A stretch of 37,366 nucleotides of DNA. It comes from a virus. Its lineage: Duplodnaviria > Caudoviricetes. The stretch lies in IMG/VR virus record IMGVR_UViG_3300020431_000017, positions 1 to 37,366 of that record, one strand, 5' to 3'. Each line of letters opens with the position of its first letter. Within the stretch, counting starts at the first letter, position 1. Under the pieces are notes generated by a model that saw only the letters and a list, made by a program, of their open reading frames with translations, did no database searches and was not told where the DNA came from. Below, piece after piece: positions 1-9,062 of the stretch. The position numbers were made by a program, and so were the translations under genes.

Positions 1-1226
1 TCTCCCCCATTTCTGTAAAGATTGCCAAGAAAAAGATTATTTCCCGGCAAACCACGCATTTCAAGTTCTACTTCAATATCTTTATCTGGAGCATAAAATG
101 CAATATTTTGAAAACCTGACTTGTCAACTTCATCATTTTGATCCAATCGACTTGAGTCCTTTGTAATTTTATATTCTACACCATCTACCAAATTAACTGT
201 TTCTATTGTTGCCTGAGTTCCATTGTTTATTGGATAATACTCAAAATTGAGGAAATTTTTATCTGCAGAACTAACAACATCTAGTTCTACAGCATCAGTG
301 AAAATAGGAGAATTATTTGCTCTTGGATGAGTCACTTTGCACTTTAAATTATAAGTATCAACTTGACCAGATTGAATAGTTAAAGTGGGTGTTTTTGATC
401 CAGAAACTCTTACAGTATCTCCACTCAATCCAATACTAGGATCTTGACTTACAGATCCTGAAGGAAAGTAATAATTTGAAGCATATGATGAGGCAGTAGT
501 TTGAGAAATACATGATAAAGTTGTTGAACTTGAACTATTACCACCTACTACGTTTTGAATAAAAACTTGCAATTGTTTTCCAATTGCCTTGAAGTTTCTA
601 AAAGTACATAGATATACTCCATTTTTATATAAATTTACTGCTCCAACATCAGAGTTTACAACAACACCTATAATATCACCATCAACTGGGTTATTAAGAA
701 TATTAAAGCGTGAAGTTTGTGAACCTACTTCAACTCTTGTTCCGGTTGCTTCACCAAATCCAAAGGGTTGGTTGAACCAAACACACATTCTAACTCCAAT
801 ACTACTATACCATGCTTGATATCCTTGAGTAAAATGGGTCTGATCCATAACACCAAACCAACCAGAATTAGTCCAGTTATTTCCAGAAACAGCAAATTCA
901 GAAAAATATAGAGTATCAAAAAGAGGAGCTTCATATTTAATGGAGTTATTATAACCACCTCCTTGCGTTCCACTTGGTGGACAAATTGCAGTTTTAGTTC
1001 CTATTGTACCAGCACTTGACGAAGAACTAAATGCAGGTCCAATTTCATTAACATCTGGAGAATAGAAAAAACTGCTAATTTCTGATTTTGTTGGAACCGA
1101 CTCTCCATCCTCCAAATCAACACCAGATACTTGCCACTGATATGAAATCTCTTGAGTTGAGTTATCTGAAACATCTGCAGCCGATGTAAATGATGCAGGA
1201 TTTCCCTGTGTTATAATTCTTGACAT
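1..1226 (-). CDS. Virion structural/fibre-type protein, partial (3' end runs off window): Ig-like domain with inserted SPRY-like domain, then start of a Gly-rich domain
   Basis: Not in ORF track. Hand translation from ATG at 1226 (TAATG overlap with upstream stop) is open to the window edge: MSRIITQGNPASFTSAADVSDNSTQEISYQWQ...DGDIIGVVVNSDVGAVNLYKNG...VSGSKTPTLTIQ...YNLKCKVTHP...EMRGLPGNN...NGG. Confidence 0.8.
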   Translation of the reverse strand, partial: MSRIITQGNPASFTSAADVSDNSTQEISYQWQVSGVDLEDGESVPTKSEISSFFYSPDVNEIGPAFSSSSSAGTIGTKTAICPPSGTQGGGYNNSIKYEAPLFDTLYFSEFAVSGNNWTNSGWFGVMDQTHFTQGYQAWYSSIGVRMCVWFNQPFGFGEATGTRVEVGSQTSRFNILNNPVDGDIIGVVVNSDVGAVNLYKNGVYLCTFRNFKAIGKQLQVFIQNVVGGNSSSSTTLSCISQTTASSYASNYYFPSGSVSQDPSIGLSGDTVRVSGSKTPTLTIQSGQVDTYNLKCKVTHPRANNSPIFTDAVELDVVSSADKNFLNFEYYPINNGTQATIETVNLVDGVEYKITKDSSRLDQNDEVDKSGFQNIAFYAPDKDIEVELEMRGLPGNNLFLGNLYRNGG

Positions 1227-1702
1227 TATTCTTGAGGTTGCTGAGTAATTGAAAGTGTTGGGTTAACTGTCAAAATTCCAGAGTTTGATGTAAGATTATC
1301 ATTTACAGCATTTGGAGTTGATCTTGCAGTCCCTACAGTTACTGGAGATGTACTTGGTTGAACATATGCAGAAGGAATATAATCAACAGTCAAATAAAAT
1401 TCAGTTTGATCAAGTTCATTTGAAACTGCATTTTCAATGACTAATATTGTGGTTCCAGTTCCAGTAAGAGTTGCTTCTTGAAGAGTGCCATCACTCAATG
1501 CACCATATTTACTGTTATACCATTGATAAGATATAGATCCAGTATTGCCAGAAGGATTTGCTGGAATTTGAACTGGAAACGTTGCTGTTGCAAAACCAGA
1601 AAACTGTGCAGAATTAATTCCAGTAACAGTTGTTGATACTGGATGAGAGGTAAACCCTAAGACTGGACCATTAAGGTCCAGTATTGTCTGTCTTATACTC
1701 AT
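1226..1702 (-). CDS. Small Ig-like (I-set-like) structural protein
   Basis: PVLGFTSHP..ISYQWY..LTGTGTTILVI..FYLTVDY..SGILTV is an Ig-like pattern; lies directly downstream of the large fibre gene. Confidence 0.75.
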   Translation of the reverse strand: MSIRQTILDLNGPVLGFTSHPVSTTVTGINSAQFSGFATATFPVQIPANPSGNTGSISYQWYNSKYGALSDGTLQEATLTGTGTTILVIENAVSNELDQTEFYLTVDYIPSAYVQPSTSPVTVGTARSTPNAVNDNLTSNSGILTVNPTLSITQQPQE

Positions 1703-1711
1703 TTAATTACC

Positions 1712-4700
1712 TCAAGCAAAGTTTTGTCCAACAACAAATGCATACCAAGTAGTTCCACCATCAAATGTCTTGTATGTGTAGATATCTAATCCACTTGCAG
1801 ATGGAGATAGAATTGGAAGTAATCCTCCACCAGGCCATCTAACTGCAAGAGCACTACCACCATTGTCCCTAACATCATCAAAATCAACTGTATGGAATGG
1901 TGAACCTGATGCACCTTGAGTGATCTTCAAAGTGAAAGAACTACAATCAGAAGGAATGTTTTGTACAGTAAACTGAGTTACATCTTCACTTGTAGTCAAA
2001 TTAAAGACCTGCGATGATGCAAGATCCAGAGTAACAACTCCAGAAGAACTTGTCGTATCAATTTGATTTGCACTCGTTGTCTTGAATCTTGATAGACCCT
2101 CAACATCAAGTTTTGCTCTAGCAGTTGCAGTTCCAACACCAATGTTAGCACTACTAGTAGTTATGACAGTTCCAGAAGTTCCAACGACAAGATCTGTTGT
2201 TGTAACAATACCCGCAATGATTTGACCTGATGTGTTCTGAATCGCGTAGTTACCAATAACTGTACTGAATCCAGTCACTGTTGCGTCATTGGCAGTAATA
2301 ATGCCAACAAATCTTGCTTCAGAATATACATGCATTGTAGTTCCAGAAGAACCAACTGCACCAACAGTCAAGTCAACATCATCATTTGGTCTTGTGGTTC
2401 CAATTCCAACCCGTAGAACTCCTTGTGGATAAATTCCTGTTCCAAGACCAGCAGCAACGCCTTCCCATCTACTGTCATTTGCAAGGTTTGATAGTCCAGA
2501 ACCATCTCCAGTAAATGCTGCTGCAACAACAGAACCAGAAATGTCTACATTTCCAATAATGCGAAGTTTCTCGCCATTTGCAGTTGATCCTATGCCAACT
2601 CCATCACCATCAACACAGAACAATGAAGTTCCTGAACCAACCTTAAGAGTACAATTCCCAATAGTCGTTGATGCAATTCCAACTTTATCAAAGATTGCAA
2701 TATCAGAATTAGTATTAAGACTTACACTACCAAAACGACGCCAATTATTAGATACACTATAGATCCAACCAACATAACCTCCATCATCTGGGTTTGCATT
2801 ATATACAACATCTCCAGGGTTTCCTGCGAGAGTAGGAGTTGAAATTCCAACAGTATACTTTCTAGAAACAGTTGTATCTCCTTGAAGGAATAGTGAGTTA
2901 GCCTCCATTCCCTTAGTCGAAGTAGATGTTATTTTGTTACTAAAAATAACAGGACCACTAAATTCAGAAGTGGCATTACCATCAGATCCACCCTCAACTT
3001 TAATTGAACGATTAAAGAGTGCCTCAATTGGGTTAATAACATTAATACCCTCAAAGTTACTAATATCTTCACCAGTTACAGTTTGAATAGGAGTATCGAA
3101 GATTTCTTCTTGACCAGTAATGGTACTCATCTTCTTATTTCCATTATAGGAAATACCCTTATCATTCATTCCAGTATAGAAGTTAATACCACCATCCCTC
3201 TTAAGAGATTGTGCTAAAAGTTCTTCTTGATCTGAAATTTGACGATCTTGCCTGTCAGGTAAAGCAGTTGAATAATTACCAGGACCAAAACCAACATATT
3301 CAAACGTATGTCCAGAAGCGCGTGAAATGGAATGTCTTCTTAGTTCTACTGGATTTACATCAATCTTTCTGATAACAGAATTTGTGGAATGTGTTCCGAT
3401 ACCAGATCCAAGCACACCACGGAATACATCAACAGAAACATCTGTAGGACCAACTGTATTTTTAATTCTGAAGATTTCCTGACCAACAGTGAAGTAATCC
3501 CCAATCTTAAAGTCCAGAGACTCAAGATTAGTAATAGCAACAACATCTCCTGTAATGTCAGCAATAGTACTTCCCAATGTAGTGGTGATACCAGCATACA
3601 TTGAATTCATTCTACCATCTATATTTTCATTAGTTGTGGTTACATTTCCATCATTTGATCCACTAGTTCTATATCCAAAGATTGTTCCTGTTGCTGTAGG
3701 AGAATACGTTCCAATTCCCAAATTGAGAGTAAAGAATGTTCCACTAGTACCAACAATATTATTAACTACAAAGTTTCCATTATAAATCTGTTCATTTGCA
3801 CCTGTAAGACGTATTACATTATCAACTGATAATCCATGATAATTTTGTGTTCCAACAGTCGCAATACCACTAAATCTATCATAATCAATAGAATTAACAC
3901 GAATTGCTTCTCCAGTAGAATATAAGAATGCGTTTGTTGTCTCAGAATTTACTAGTCCAGAAGATCCTCCAGAATTTATAGTATTTGCAGAAACAGCATT
4001 GAATGATCTAGCTATACCAATAGGTACTTCTGTAATCCTGTAAAGATCATTGAATGGTTTGTATGTTTCTGAAGAAATACCTCCAACTTTTACAACTTCA
4101 CCAACATTATCATAAATCTTAGTAACCTCAACAACAGCATCACTAGGTGATCCAAAAGTAGGAAGTCCCTTAACTGCTAATGTATTACCAATTCCATATC
4201 CACTACCACCATTCATTACAAAAACATTTGTGATCTCACCACTTGCATTGACAGATACTTTTGCAGTTGCTCCATCTCCAGTAACTGATGCACCAATAGA
4301 AACTAATTGTGCATTATAAAGATCTGCAGATGATCCACTTCCATATCCTAATCCAGCAAATGAAATACCTAAACGTGTAACCCTGTTGAGTCCATGATCA
4401 ATATCAGTAAAGATGATATGATCAGATGATGAAGATGATGTAATATCAGTCACTCCAACAGAAACTCTACCAGAATCACGATATTTTTTCTCTACAGTTT
4501 CTTTAGTAATACTTTTGCGAACATCATCAATTTTAGTTTCACCAATTAATTGAGATGAAGCATGAGTTACTGAAGAATCGGGATCAGACTGAGGATTATC
4601 TCTGTTTGTTTGTGGGTAAAGTTCCTTAACTGGTTGAGAGAATTTTTCTCCAGTGAAGGGAGCCACATTTGGAGAATTTGATGCATTTACAGTAGTTAGA

Positions 4701-7558
4701 TAGTAAATACCATCCTGTTCTCCTGCAACATATGGTTGAATCTCAGATTCTCTATAAACATAGTATGTGTTTTCATATTTCTTTCTTTGGAAATATGGAA
4801 GAGAAGTATTTCTTGTATGAACATTATTAGTAAAATCACCAGGATCTGTGGAAATGCCAACAGTAAATGTTCTAGTACTTGTAATTCCAGAAACAACAAA
4901 TGATCCATTAAATCCAGAATTATTTACTCCAGTAGTATTATTAGTACTAGTAATTTGATTTAATTGTACTTCAGACCCAGATGTTAGATTATGTGGCAAT
5001 TCTGTTGTGACATTTGCAGTTCCACCTGTCCAGTTAACACTAGAAACAAATCTAAAATTTCTCTGCTGATTCTCATTTGATAATGATCCAGATCCAAAAT
5101 ATGTTTGTATTTCTGCATCTTGAGTTGCAATTGAAGTACCGGATTCTTGCAGAACAAATCCTTCAGTAGGTGGTCTTGCTACAGATCCTCCATTATTTTT
5201 TGGAATTACATATCTGTACCTATAAATCGTATCTACTGCATTTCTATTATCAAGTTTGCGATTAAAGAAGGTTCTTGCTGTTGCAGATCCAAGAGATGCA
5301 GTTCCCAGTGCATTAACTGTGGAATAAATTGCATTGTCTGTAGATGCTGATGAAACTTGAACATACCACTGATTCTCAATAGAATCGAACTGAATTGGAT
5401 GTCCTATATCTCCTGAGGACTTATCACTAACTCTACTTGCAATACGTAAATCATCTCCAATGGTATTAAATGTCAAATTGCTTGGAGTTGATGCAGTATG
5501 TGATACTGCATCTGATAAACTTTTTGCAACTTTAATCTGAGTATTTCCAATTCCAACATCATTTGTATCGGTAATGGCAAAATAGACTCTATTATTGTCA
5601 AGTCCATCTGGCAATAGTCCATTTTTACCAAATATACGTATTGATTCTCCATTTTGCAAGTTATGAGTGGAATCAAAACTCAAAACGTTAGATACATTAT
5701 AATTTACTGAATATTCTTTACTAGAACTATCCTGAGATCTTGGCATTACAATGCGAGATTCATATTCAGTAACTGTTCCACCAATAGCAACGAGAACTTT
5801 TAATTTATCATTTTCTCTAGATCCAAATCTATATCCCTGAATTACATTCGATGGAGGAGTATCTTGGTTATTTTGTCCATAAAGGTAAAGAGATCCAATA
5901 GATGATACTCCAACAGTTTTTGCAACGTCAATCGAATTAAATTCAATTGCACTTTCTACAATAGAAACTTGTTTTGGCGGAATAATATGTGAGATGTAAC
6001 CAAGATCATCTTGAGCAAATGCATTAGGTTTAAATCCAGAAGCTACAAGTGCTCTAGCACCAAAATTCGAGTTAGAGTTGGTGATTGACATGTCAGAACC
6101 ACCCTCAGTGACGAAGTGTTCTGCAAATCCAATTGCGAAGATAGAAACATTTTGAAGAAGTGATCCATTTATAGCCTTAATATGAAAGTTTCTATATGAA
6201 GGTTTAAAAACTGATCGTGAATTGGTGTGTAAGTTTTCATTTCCAGAAACTGTGCTGTCATCATAAGCACCACTAGTTTCATTAAATTTTACAAAAGCAT
6301 TGTCATCTTTTTGCAGACCAATACCAGTAAATTGGGCAAGAACCATGGATTTAAATCCAGTTGCCTTACTACCATCAGCTAAAACACCACACATTCCAAA
6401 TACTGACCTTAAGGAAAGGTTGAAGATGTATGGAGATGCTCCAGTTACAGTATCAGAAGATAATATTAAGTTAGAACCAGTTACAGTTGGTAATGGATTA
6501 GATGGTGCATTTTGAACCTGATATGCAACTTCAGTCGCACTTAATCTTTCACTTACGACAAATTGTCCACTATATCCAGAGGCAGTAATTCCCTCAACTC
6601 TGAATGGAGTATCAACATCCAATCCAGAAACGGACTCTGTTGTTGTTACTGTGATAATATTGGTCGAAGTTATGCCATCTCCAGACTTAATACTTGAAAT
6701 TCCTACTGATTGTCCAGTTGAACCAACAATACGATATTCATCGATTTTTGGTTGAATATCTAAACCAATAGATGGATAGTCAGGTTCGATAGATCTGCCT
6801 GATGCAGTACCATATGCCAATCCAACTTTCTCATAGTACATATCCAGATCAGTTCTGGTACTTGAATATACTTGGAAAGTATCATTGATATTGACACCAT
6901 TTACACCATCTGCATATTCAAAGCAAGTTAGTTTATGGTGCGAAAAGTTTGGAACAAAGGTATTAGTCGTATAATCAAGATAGCACTGTCCATTAGGATC
7001 AGCATCGAACATTGAAAACTGCCAGAAATAGCAACCACCAGTTATTCTGAATAATGCAGTTCTCTCAATATTATCATTTACTGGATTTGGAACATATTTT
7101 GGTCTAATCTTAGTTTTACGAAGATCTAAACCAACAAGAGAAGTTCCTCTTGGAACTATTACGCCACCATGAATAGAATTTAATTTATATAAGTCATTAT
7201 CAGGTACAGATAAGTCAAAAACTGAAGTTAGGTCGAATGGAGGAAAATCGTTGGATGTTGTTCCATTTCTCAATCTATAATTATTAATTCCATCAGGTAT
7301 CCATCCCGGCCTATTATCAACAACATGATCTCCTGGATAAAGTAAAATCGTAGTTTTACCAAATCTATCATTATTAAGACCTTTTTGATATGAAAATCTT
7401 GCAGACTCAATCAGTGCTCTCTGAATAGTCTTAAAAGGTCTTGTAAGAGAATTACCTTGATTCTCGATGCTATCTGTTGCATCCAAGTCATTGGGGTTAA
7501 CGTAAAGAATCGTACCCCTTGATGATTTTAGAAAGTTATCTAATCTAGAGAGACCCAT
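1712..7558 (-). CDS. Large cyanophage virion structural / tail fibre-like protein (1948 aa)
   Basis: N-terminus MGLSRLDNFLK..LYVNPNDLDATDSIENQGNSLTRPFKTIQRAL resembles T4-like cyanophage structural proteins. G/S/T-rich with VGIGT-type repeats and a C-terminal beta-rich domain; late-promoter motif upstream. Confidence 0.75.
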   Translation of the reverse strand: MGLSRLDNFLKSSRGTILYVNPNDLDATDSIENQGNSLTRPFKTIQRALIESARFSYQKGLNNDRFGKTTILLYPGDHVVDNRPGWIPDGINNYRLRNGTTSNDFPPFDLTSVFDLSVPDNDLYKLNSIHGGVIVPRGTSLVGLDLRKTKIRPKYVPNPVNDNIERTALFRITGGCYFWQFSMFDADPNGQCYLDYTTNTFVPNFSHHKLTCFEYADGVNGVNINDTFQVYSSTRTDLDMYYEKVGLAYGTASGRSIEPDYPSIGLDIQPKIDEYRIVGSTGQSVGISSIKSGDGITSTNIITVTTTESVSGLDVDTPFRVEGITASGYSGQFVVSERLSATEVAYQVQNAPSNPLPTVTGSNLILSSDTVTGASPYIFNLSLRSVFGMCGVLADGSKATGFKSMVLAQFTGIGLQKDDNAFVKFNETSGAYDDSTVSGNENLHTNSRSVFKPSYRNFHIKAINGSLLQNVSIFAIGFAEHFVTEGGSDMSITNSNSNFGARALVASGFKPNAFAQDDLGYISHIIPPKQVSIVESAIEFNSIDVAKTVGVSSIGSLYLYGQNNQDTPPSNVIQGYRFGSRENDKLKVLVAIGGTVTEYESRIVMPRSQDSSSKEYSVNYNVSNVLSFDSTHNLQNGESIRIFGKNGLLPDGLDNNRVYFAITDTNDVGIGNTQIKVAKSLSDAVSHTASTPSNLTFNTIGDDLRIASRVSDKSSGDIGHPIQFDSIENQWYVQVSSASTDNAIYSTVNALGTASLGSATARTFFNRKLDNRNAVDTIYRYRYVIPKNNGGSVARPPTEGFVLQESGTSIATQDAEIQTYFGSGSLSNENQQRNFRFVSSVNWTGGTANVTTELPHNLTSGSEVQLNQITSTNNTTGVNNSGFNGSFVVSGITSTRTFTVGISTDPGDFTNNVHTRNTSLPYFQRKKYENTYYVYRESEIQPYVAGEQDGIYYLTTVNASNSPNVAPFTGEKFSQPVKELYPQTNRDNPQSDPDSSVTHASSQLIGETKIDDVRKSITKETVEKKYRDSGRVSVGVTDITSSSSSDHIIFTDIDHGLNRVTRLGISFAGLGYGSGSSADLYNAQLVSIGASVTGDGATAKVSVNASGEITNVFVMNGGSGYGIGNTLAVKGLPTFGSPSDAVVEVTKIYDNVGEVVKVGGISSETYKPFNDLYRITEVPIGIARSFNAVSANTINSGGSSGLVNSETTNAFLYSTGEAIRVNSIDYDRFSGIATVGTQNYHGLSVDNVIRLTGANEQIYNGNFVVNNIVGTSGTFFTLNLGIGTYSPTATGTIFGYRTSGSNDGNVTTTNENIDGRMNSMYAGITTTLGSTIADITGDVVAITNLESLDFKIGDYFTVGQEIFRIKNTVGPTDVSVDVFRGVLGSGIGTHSTNSVIRKIDVNPVELRRHSISRASGHTFEYVGFGPGNYSTALPDRQDRQISDQEELLAQSLKRDGGINFYTGMNDKGISYNGNKKMSTITGQEEIFDTPIQTVTGEDISNFEGINVINPIEALFNRSIKVEGGSDGNATSEFSGPVIFSNKITSTSTKGMEANSLFLQGDTTVSRKYTVGISTPTLAGNPGDVVYNANPDDGGYVGWIYSVSNNWRRFGSVSLNTNSDIAIFDKVGIASTTIGNCTLKVGSGTSLFCVDGDGVGIGSTANGEKLRIIGNVDISGSVVAAAFTGDGSGLSNLANDSRWEGVAAGLGTGIYPQGVLRVGIGTTRPNDDVDLTVGAVGSSGTTMHVYSEARFVGIITANDATVTGFSTVIGNYAIQNTSGQIIAGIVTTTDLVVGTSGTVITTSSANIGVGTATARAKLDVEGLSRFKTTSANQIDTTSSSGVVTLDLASSQVFNLTTSEDVTQFTVQNIPSDCSSFTLKITQGASGSPFHTVDFDDVRDNGGSALAVRWPGGGLLPILSPSASGLDIYTYKTFDGGTTWYAFVVGQNFA

Positions 7559-7586
7559 TTTTATTATACTTATAGTCCATTTTGAT

Positions 7587-7594
7587 TATTTATC
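7587..7594 (-). promoter_or_regulatory. T4-type late promoter motif (GATAAATA)
   Basis: Matches the TATAAATA consensus core about 30 nt upstream of the 1948-aa gene, just after a terminator. Confidence 0.6.
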
Positions 7595-7601
7595 AAACAA
7601 C

Positions 7602-7627
7602 AAAACCTCCCTATTGCTAGAGAGGTT
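7602..7627 (-). terminator. Intrinsic terminator
   Basis: Minus strand AACCTCTCTA-GCAA-TAGGGAGGTT followed by TTGTTGTTT; GNRA tetraloop. Confidence 0.75.
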
Positions 7628-7675
7628 ATGAAGCACACGGAAGGGTCTGGTTTTAGTATCACCGAATATATTTTA

Positions 7676-7864
7676 TCAAGATTTATTTTTTTTGTCAACT
7701 TTAAGTATATATTCTACAGTATTTGCTACATCTTCCATAGCATGTCTTATATTTGTTTGTTGACCAGAATATTGTCCTATTTTTGTTACACCACTTTCAA
7801 ATTCTTCAGAAAGAGTCCATCTCCATTGATGCATACTTTTAGAATACCATAAATTAATTTTCAT
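7676..7864 (-). CDS. Hypothetical protein (small cyanophage-type ORF)
   Basis: 62-aa ORF in tightly packed minus-strand run; LWYSKSMHQWRWTL..AMEDVANTVEY. Confidence 0.7.
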   Translation of the reverse strand: MKINLWYSKSMHQWRWTLSEEFESGVTKIGQYSGQQTNIRHAMEDVANTVEYILKVDKKNKS

Positions 7865-7881
7865 ATCTATTTTATTTAATA

Positions 7882-8151
7882 TTAATCAATAGGGAGCAAT
7901 TCTGGATTTTCCAACTCTAGATCATATAATAGTGGATTGCATTCTTCCAGCATGAGATAAATTGATGATCTATATAGATCTTCTTCTTCATATGCTTTTC
8001 CAATATTTGCAATCTCAATTATTTCAGGATCATGAATTACAAAGTCTGGTAGATCATCAAAAGTAAAAGGAGAATTTTGTATAAAATACATTAATACTAT
8101 TTGACTTTTTTCTCTATACCAGCAGTATTTTGTAGATATACTATATTTCAT
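7882..8151 (-). CDS. Hypothetical protein
   Basis: 89-aa ORF preceded by late-promoter motif CATAAATA. Confidence 0.7.
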   Translation of the reverse strand: MKYSISTKYCWYREKSQIVLMYFIQNSPFTFDDLPDFVIHDPEIIEIANIGKAYEEEDLYRSSIYLMLEECNPLLYDLELENPELLPID

Positions 8152-8174
8152 GGGATTATCCTATACCCCAAATT

Positions 8175-8182
8175 TATTTATG
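8175..8182 (-). promoter_or_regulatory. T4-type late promoter motif (CATAAATA)
   Basis: Between tRNA 3' end and the 89-aa ORF. Confidence 0.5.
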
Positions 8183-8186
8183 ACAA

Positions 8187-8270
8187 TGCGAGTAGGGAGA
8201 CTTGAACTCCCACGAGATTGCTCTCAACAGATTTTAAGTCTGGTGCGTCTACCGATTCCGCCATACTCGC
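8187..8270 (-). tRNA. trnL-UAA: tRNA-Leu(UAA), long variable arm, CCA not encoded
   Basis: GCGAGTATGGCGGAATCGGTAGACGCACCAGACTTAAAATCTGTTGAGAGCAATCTCGTGGGAGTTCAAGTCTCCCTACTCGCA: acceptor stem GCGAGTA/TACTCGC, anticodon loop CT-TAA-AA, TTCAA T-loop, discriminator A. Confidence 0.95.
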
Positions 8271-8275
8271 ATGAG

Positions 8276-8569
8276 TTACAAGGTTCTTTCTAACCTTTCA
8301 GCTGGTTGATCGGGGAAATCTCTAGGGCGACTATCAGTGGCATTATCAGTTCTAGGAGAACCTTCATTCGCCTTCATAGTATGCTGATAGTTAATTCTTT
8401 TGTATCGGATACAGAATGGATCAGGCATCCAATAGGTTACCTGCCAGTTAATCAAAGGATTTAACTCTAGATGCTTTTCAACAGAGTGATTAAAGATGCC
8501 AATCTGAATGTACCCATCATGAGTAACACATTCATTGTCACTAATCTCTACGATAAAGAGTTGTTTCAC
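8276..8569 (-). CDS. Hypothetical protein
   Basis: 97-aa ORF; GTG start overlaps the upstream stop (GTGA) with GAAGGAG RBS. Confidence 0.7.
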   Translation of the reverse strand: MKQLFIVEISDNECVTHDGYIQIGIFNHSVEKHLELNPLINWQVTYWMPDPFCIRYKRINYQHTMKANEGSPRTDNATDSRPRDFPDQPAERLERTL

Positions 8570-8727
8570 TCTCCTTCACCAGTCCAGGTTGGTTGGTGAA
8601 AAACACAATATTCATTGAATGTGATTTTCATCTCTTTTTCAGTTAGATTGCAGTTTTTTGCTGCTTTTGGGAGATTCCATTTGGCAGAGAATAACATTTC
8701 CATAGACTGTCGGGTTTCTGGTCTCAT
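8566..8727 (-). CDS. Small conserved-type cyanophage protein, possibly HTH-like (53 aa)
   Basis: Not in ORF track: MRPETRQSMEMLFSAKWNLPKAAKNCNLTEKEMKITFNEYCVFHQPTWTGEGE*; stop coupled to next start. Confidence 0.75.
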   Translation of the reverse strand: MRPETRQSMEMLFSAKWNLPKAAKNCNLTEKEMKITFNEYCVFHQPTWTGEGE

Positions 8728-8825
8728 AATCGTAGCAAGTCAGTATTTCTTGGTAAAACCCCTCAGGGCAAATTTTTACCGGAGTTTTTTTTCCACTCTT
8801 TTTGGAATTAAAAGTCAATTTTCCC

Positions 8826-9017
8826 TCAGAGTGGAGATGCATACGCAAGTGTCTCCTCATCAAGAAGATCACGACAAAGTTCAAGAACACTCATAAACTG
8901 ATCCACAGTTTCACATTCAATCACACGCTCATCACCTTGTTCAGAGTAGATATAAAACTTACGCTTCACTGGATCGACAACGCACCTGCTTAGAAAATCT
9001 TGTTCCATGTGGTCCAT
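8826..9017 (-). CDS. Hypothetical protein (early gene)
   Basis: 63-aa ORF immediately downstream of a perfect sigma70 promoter. Confidence 0.75.
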   Translation of the reverse strand: MDHMEQDFLSRCVVDPVKRKFYIYSEQGDERVIECETVDQFMSVLELCRDLLDEETLAYASPL

Positions 9018-9031
9018 TTGTTTACCTGCTT

Positions 9032-9060
9032 ATTATAGCGCATCTGAGAGCGCGTGTCAA
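9032..9060 (-). promoter_or_regulatory. Host sigma70-type early promoter
   Basis: TTGACA(9060-9055)-17 bp-TATAAT(9037-9032), perfect consensus. Confidence 0.9.
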
Positions 9061-9062
9061 CC

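Noticed and set aside
8230-8245. Possible group I intron in tRNA-Leu(UAA), as in some cyanobacteria
   Set aside because: The anticodon loop is contiguous and the gene is 84 nt long
8639-8890. 83-aa ORF from the track
   Set aside because: Overlaps two better-supported ORFs (8566-8727 and 8826-9017) out of frame and runs through the A-tract spacer; probably a shadow frame
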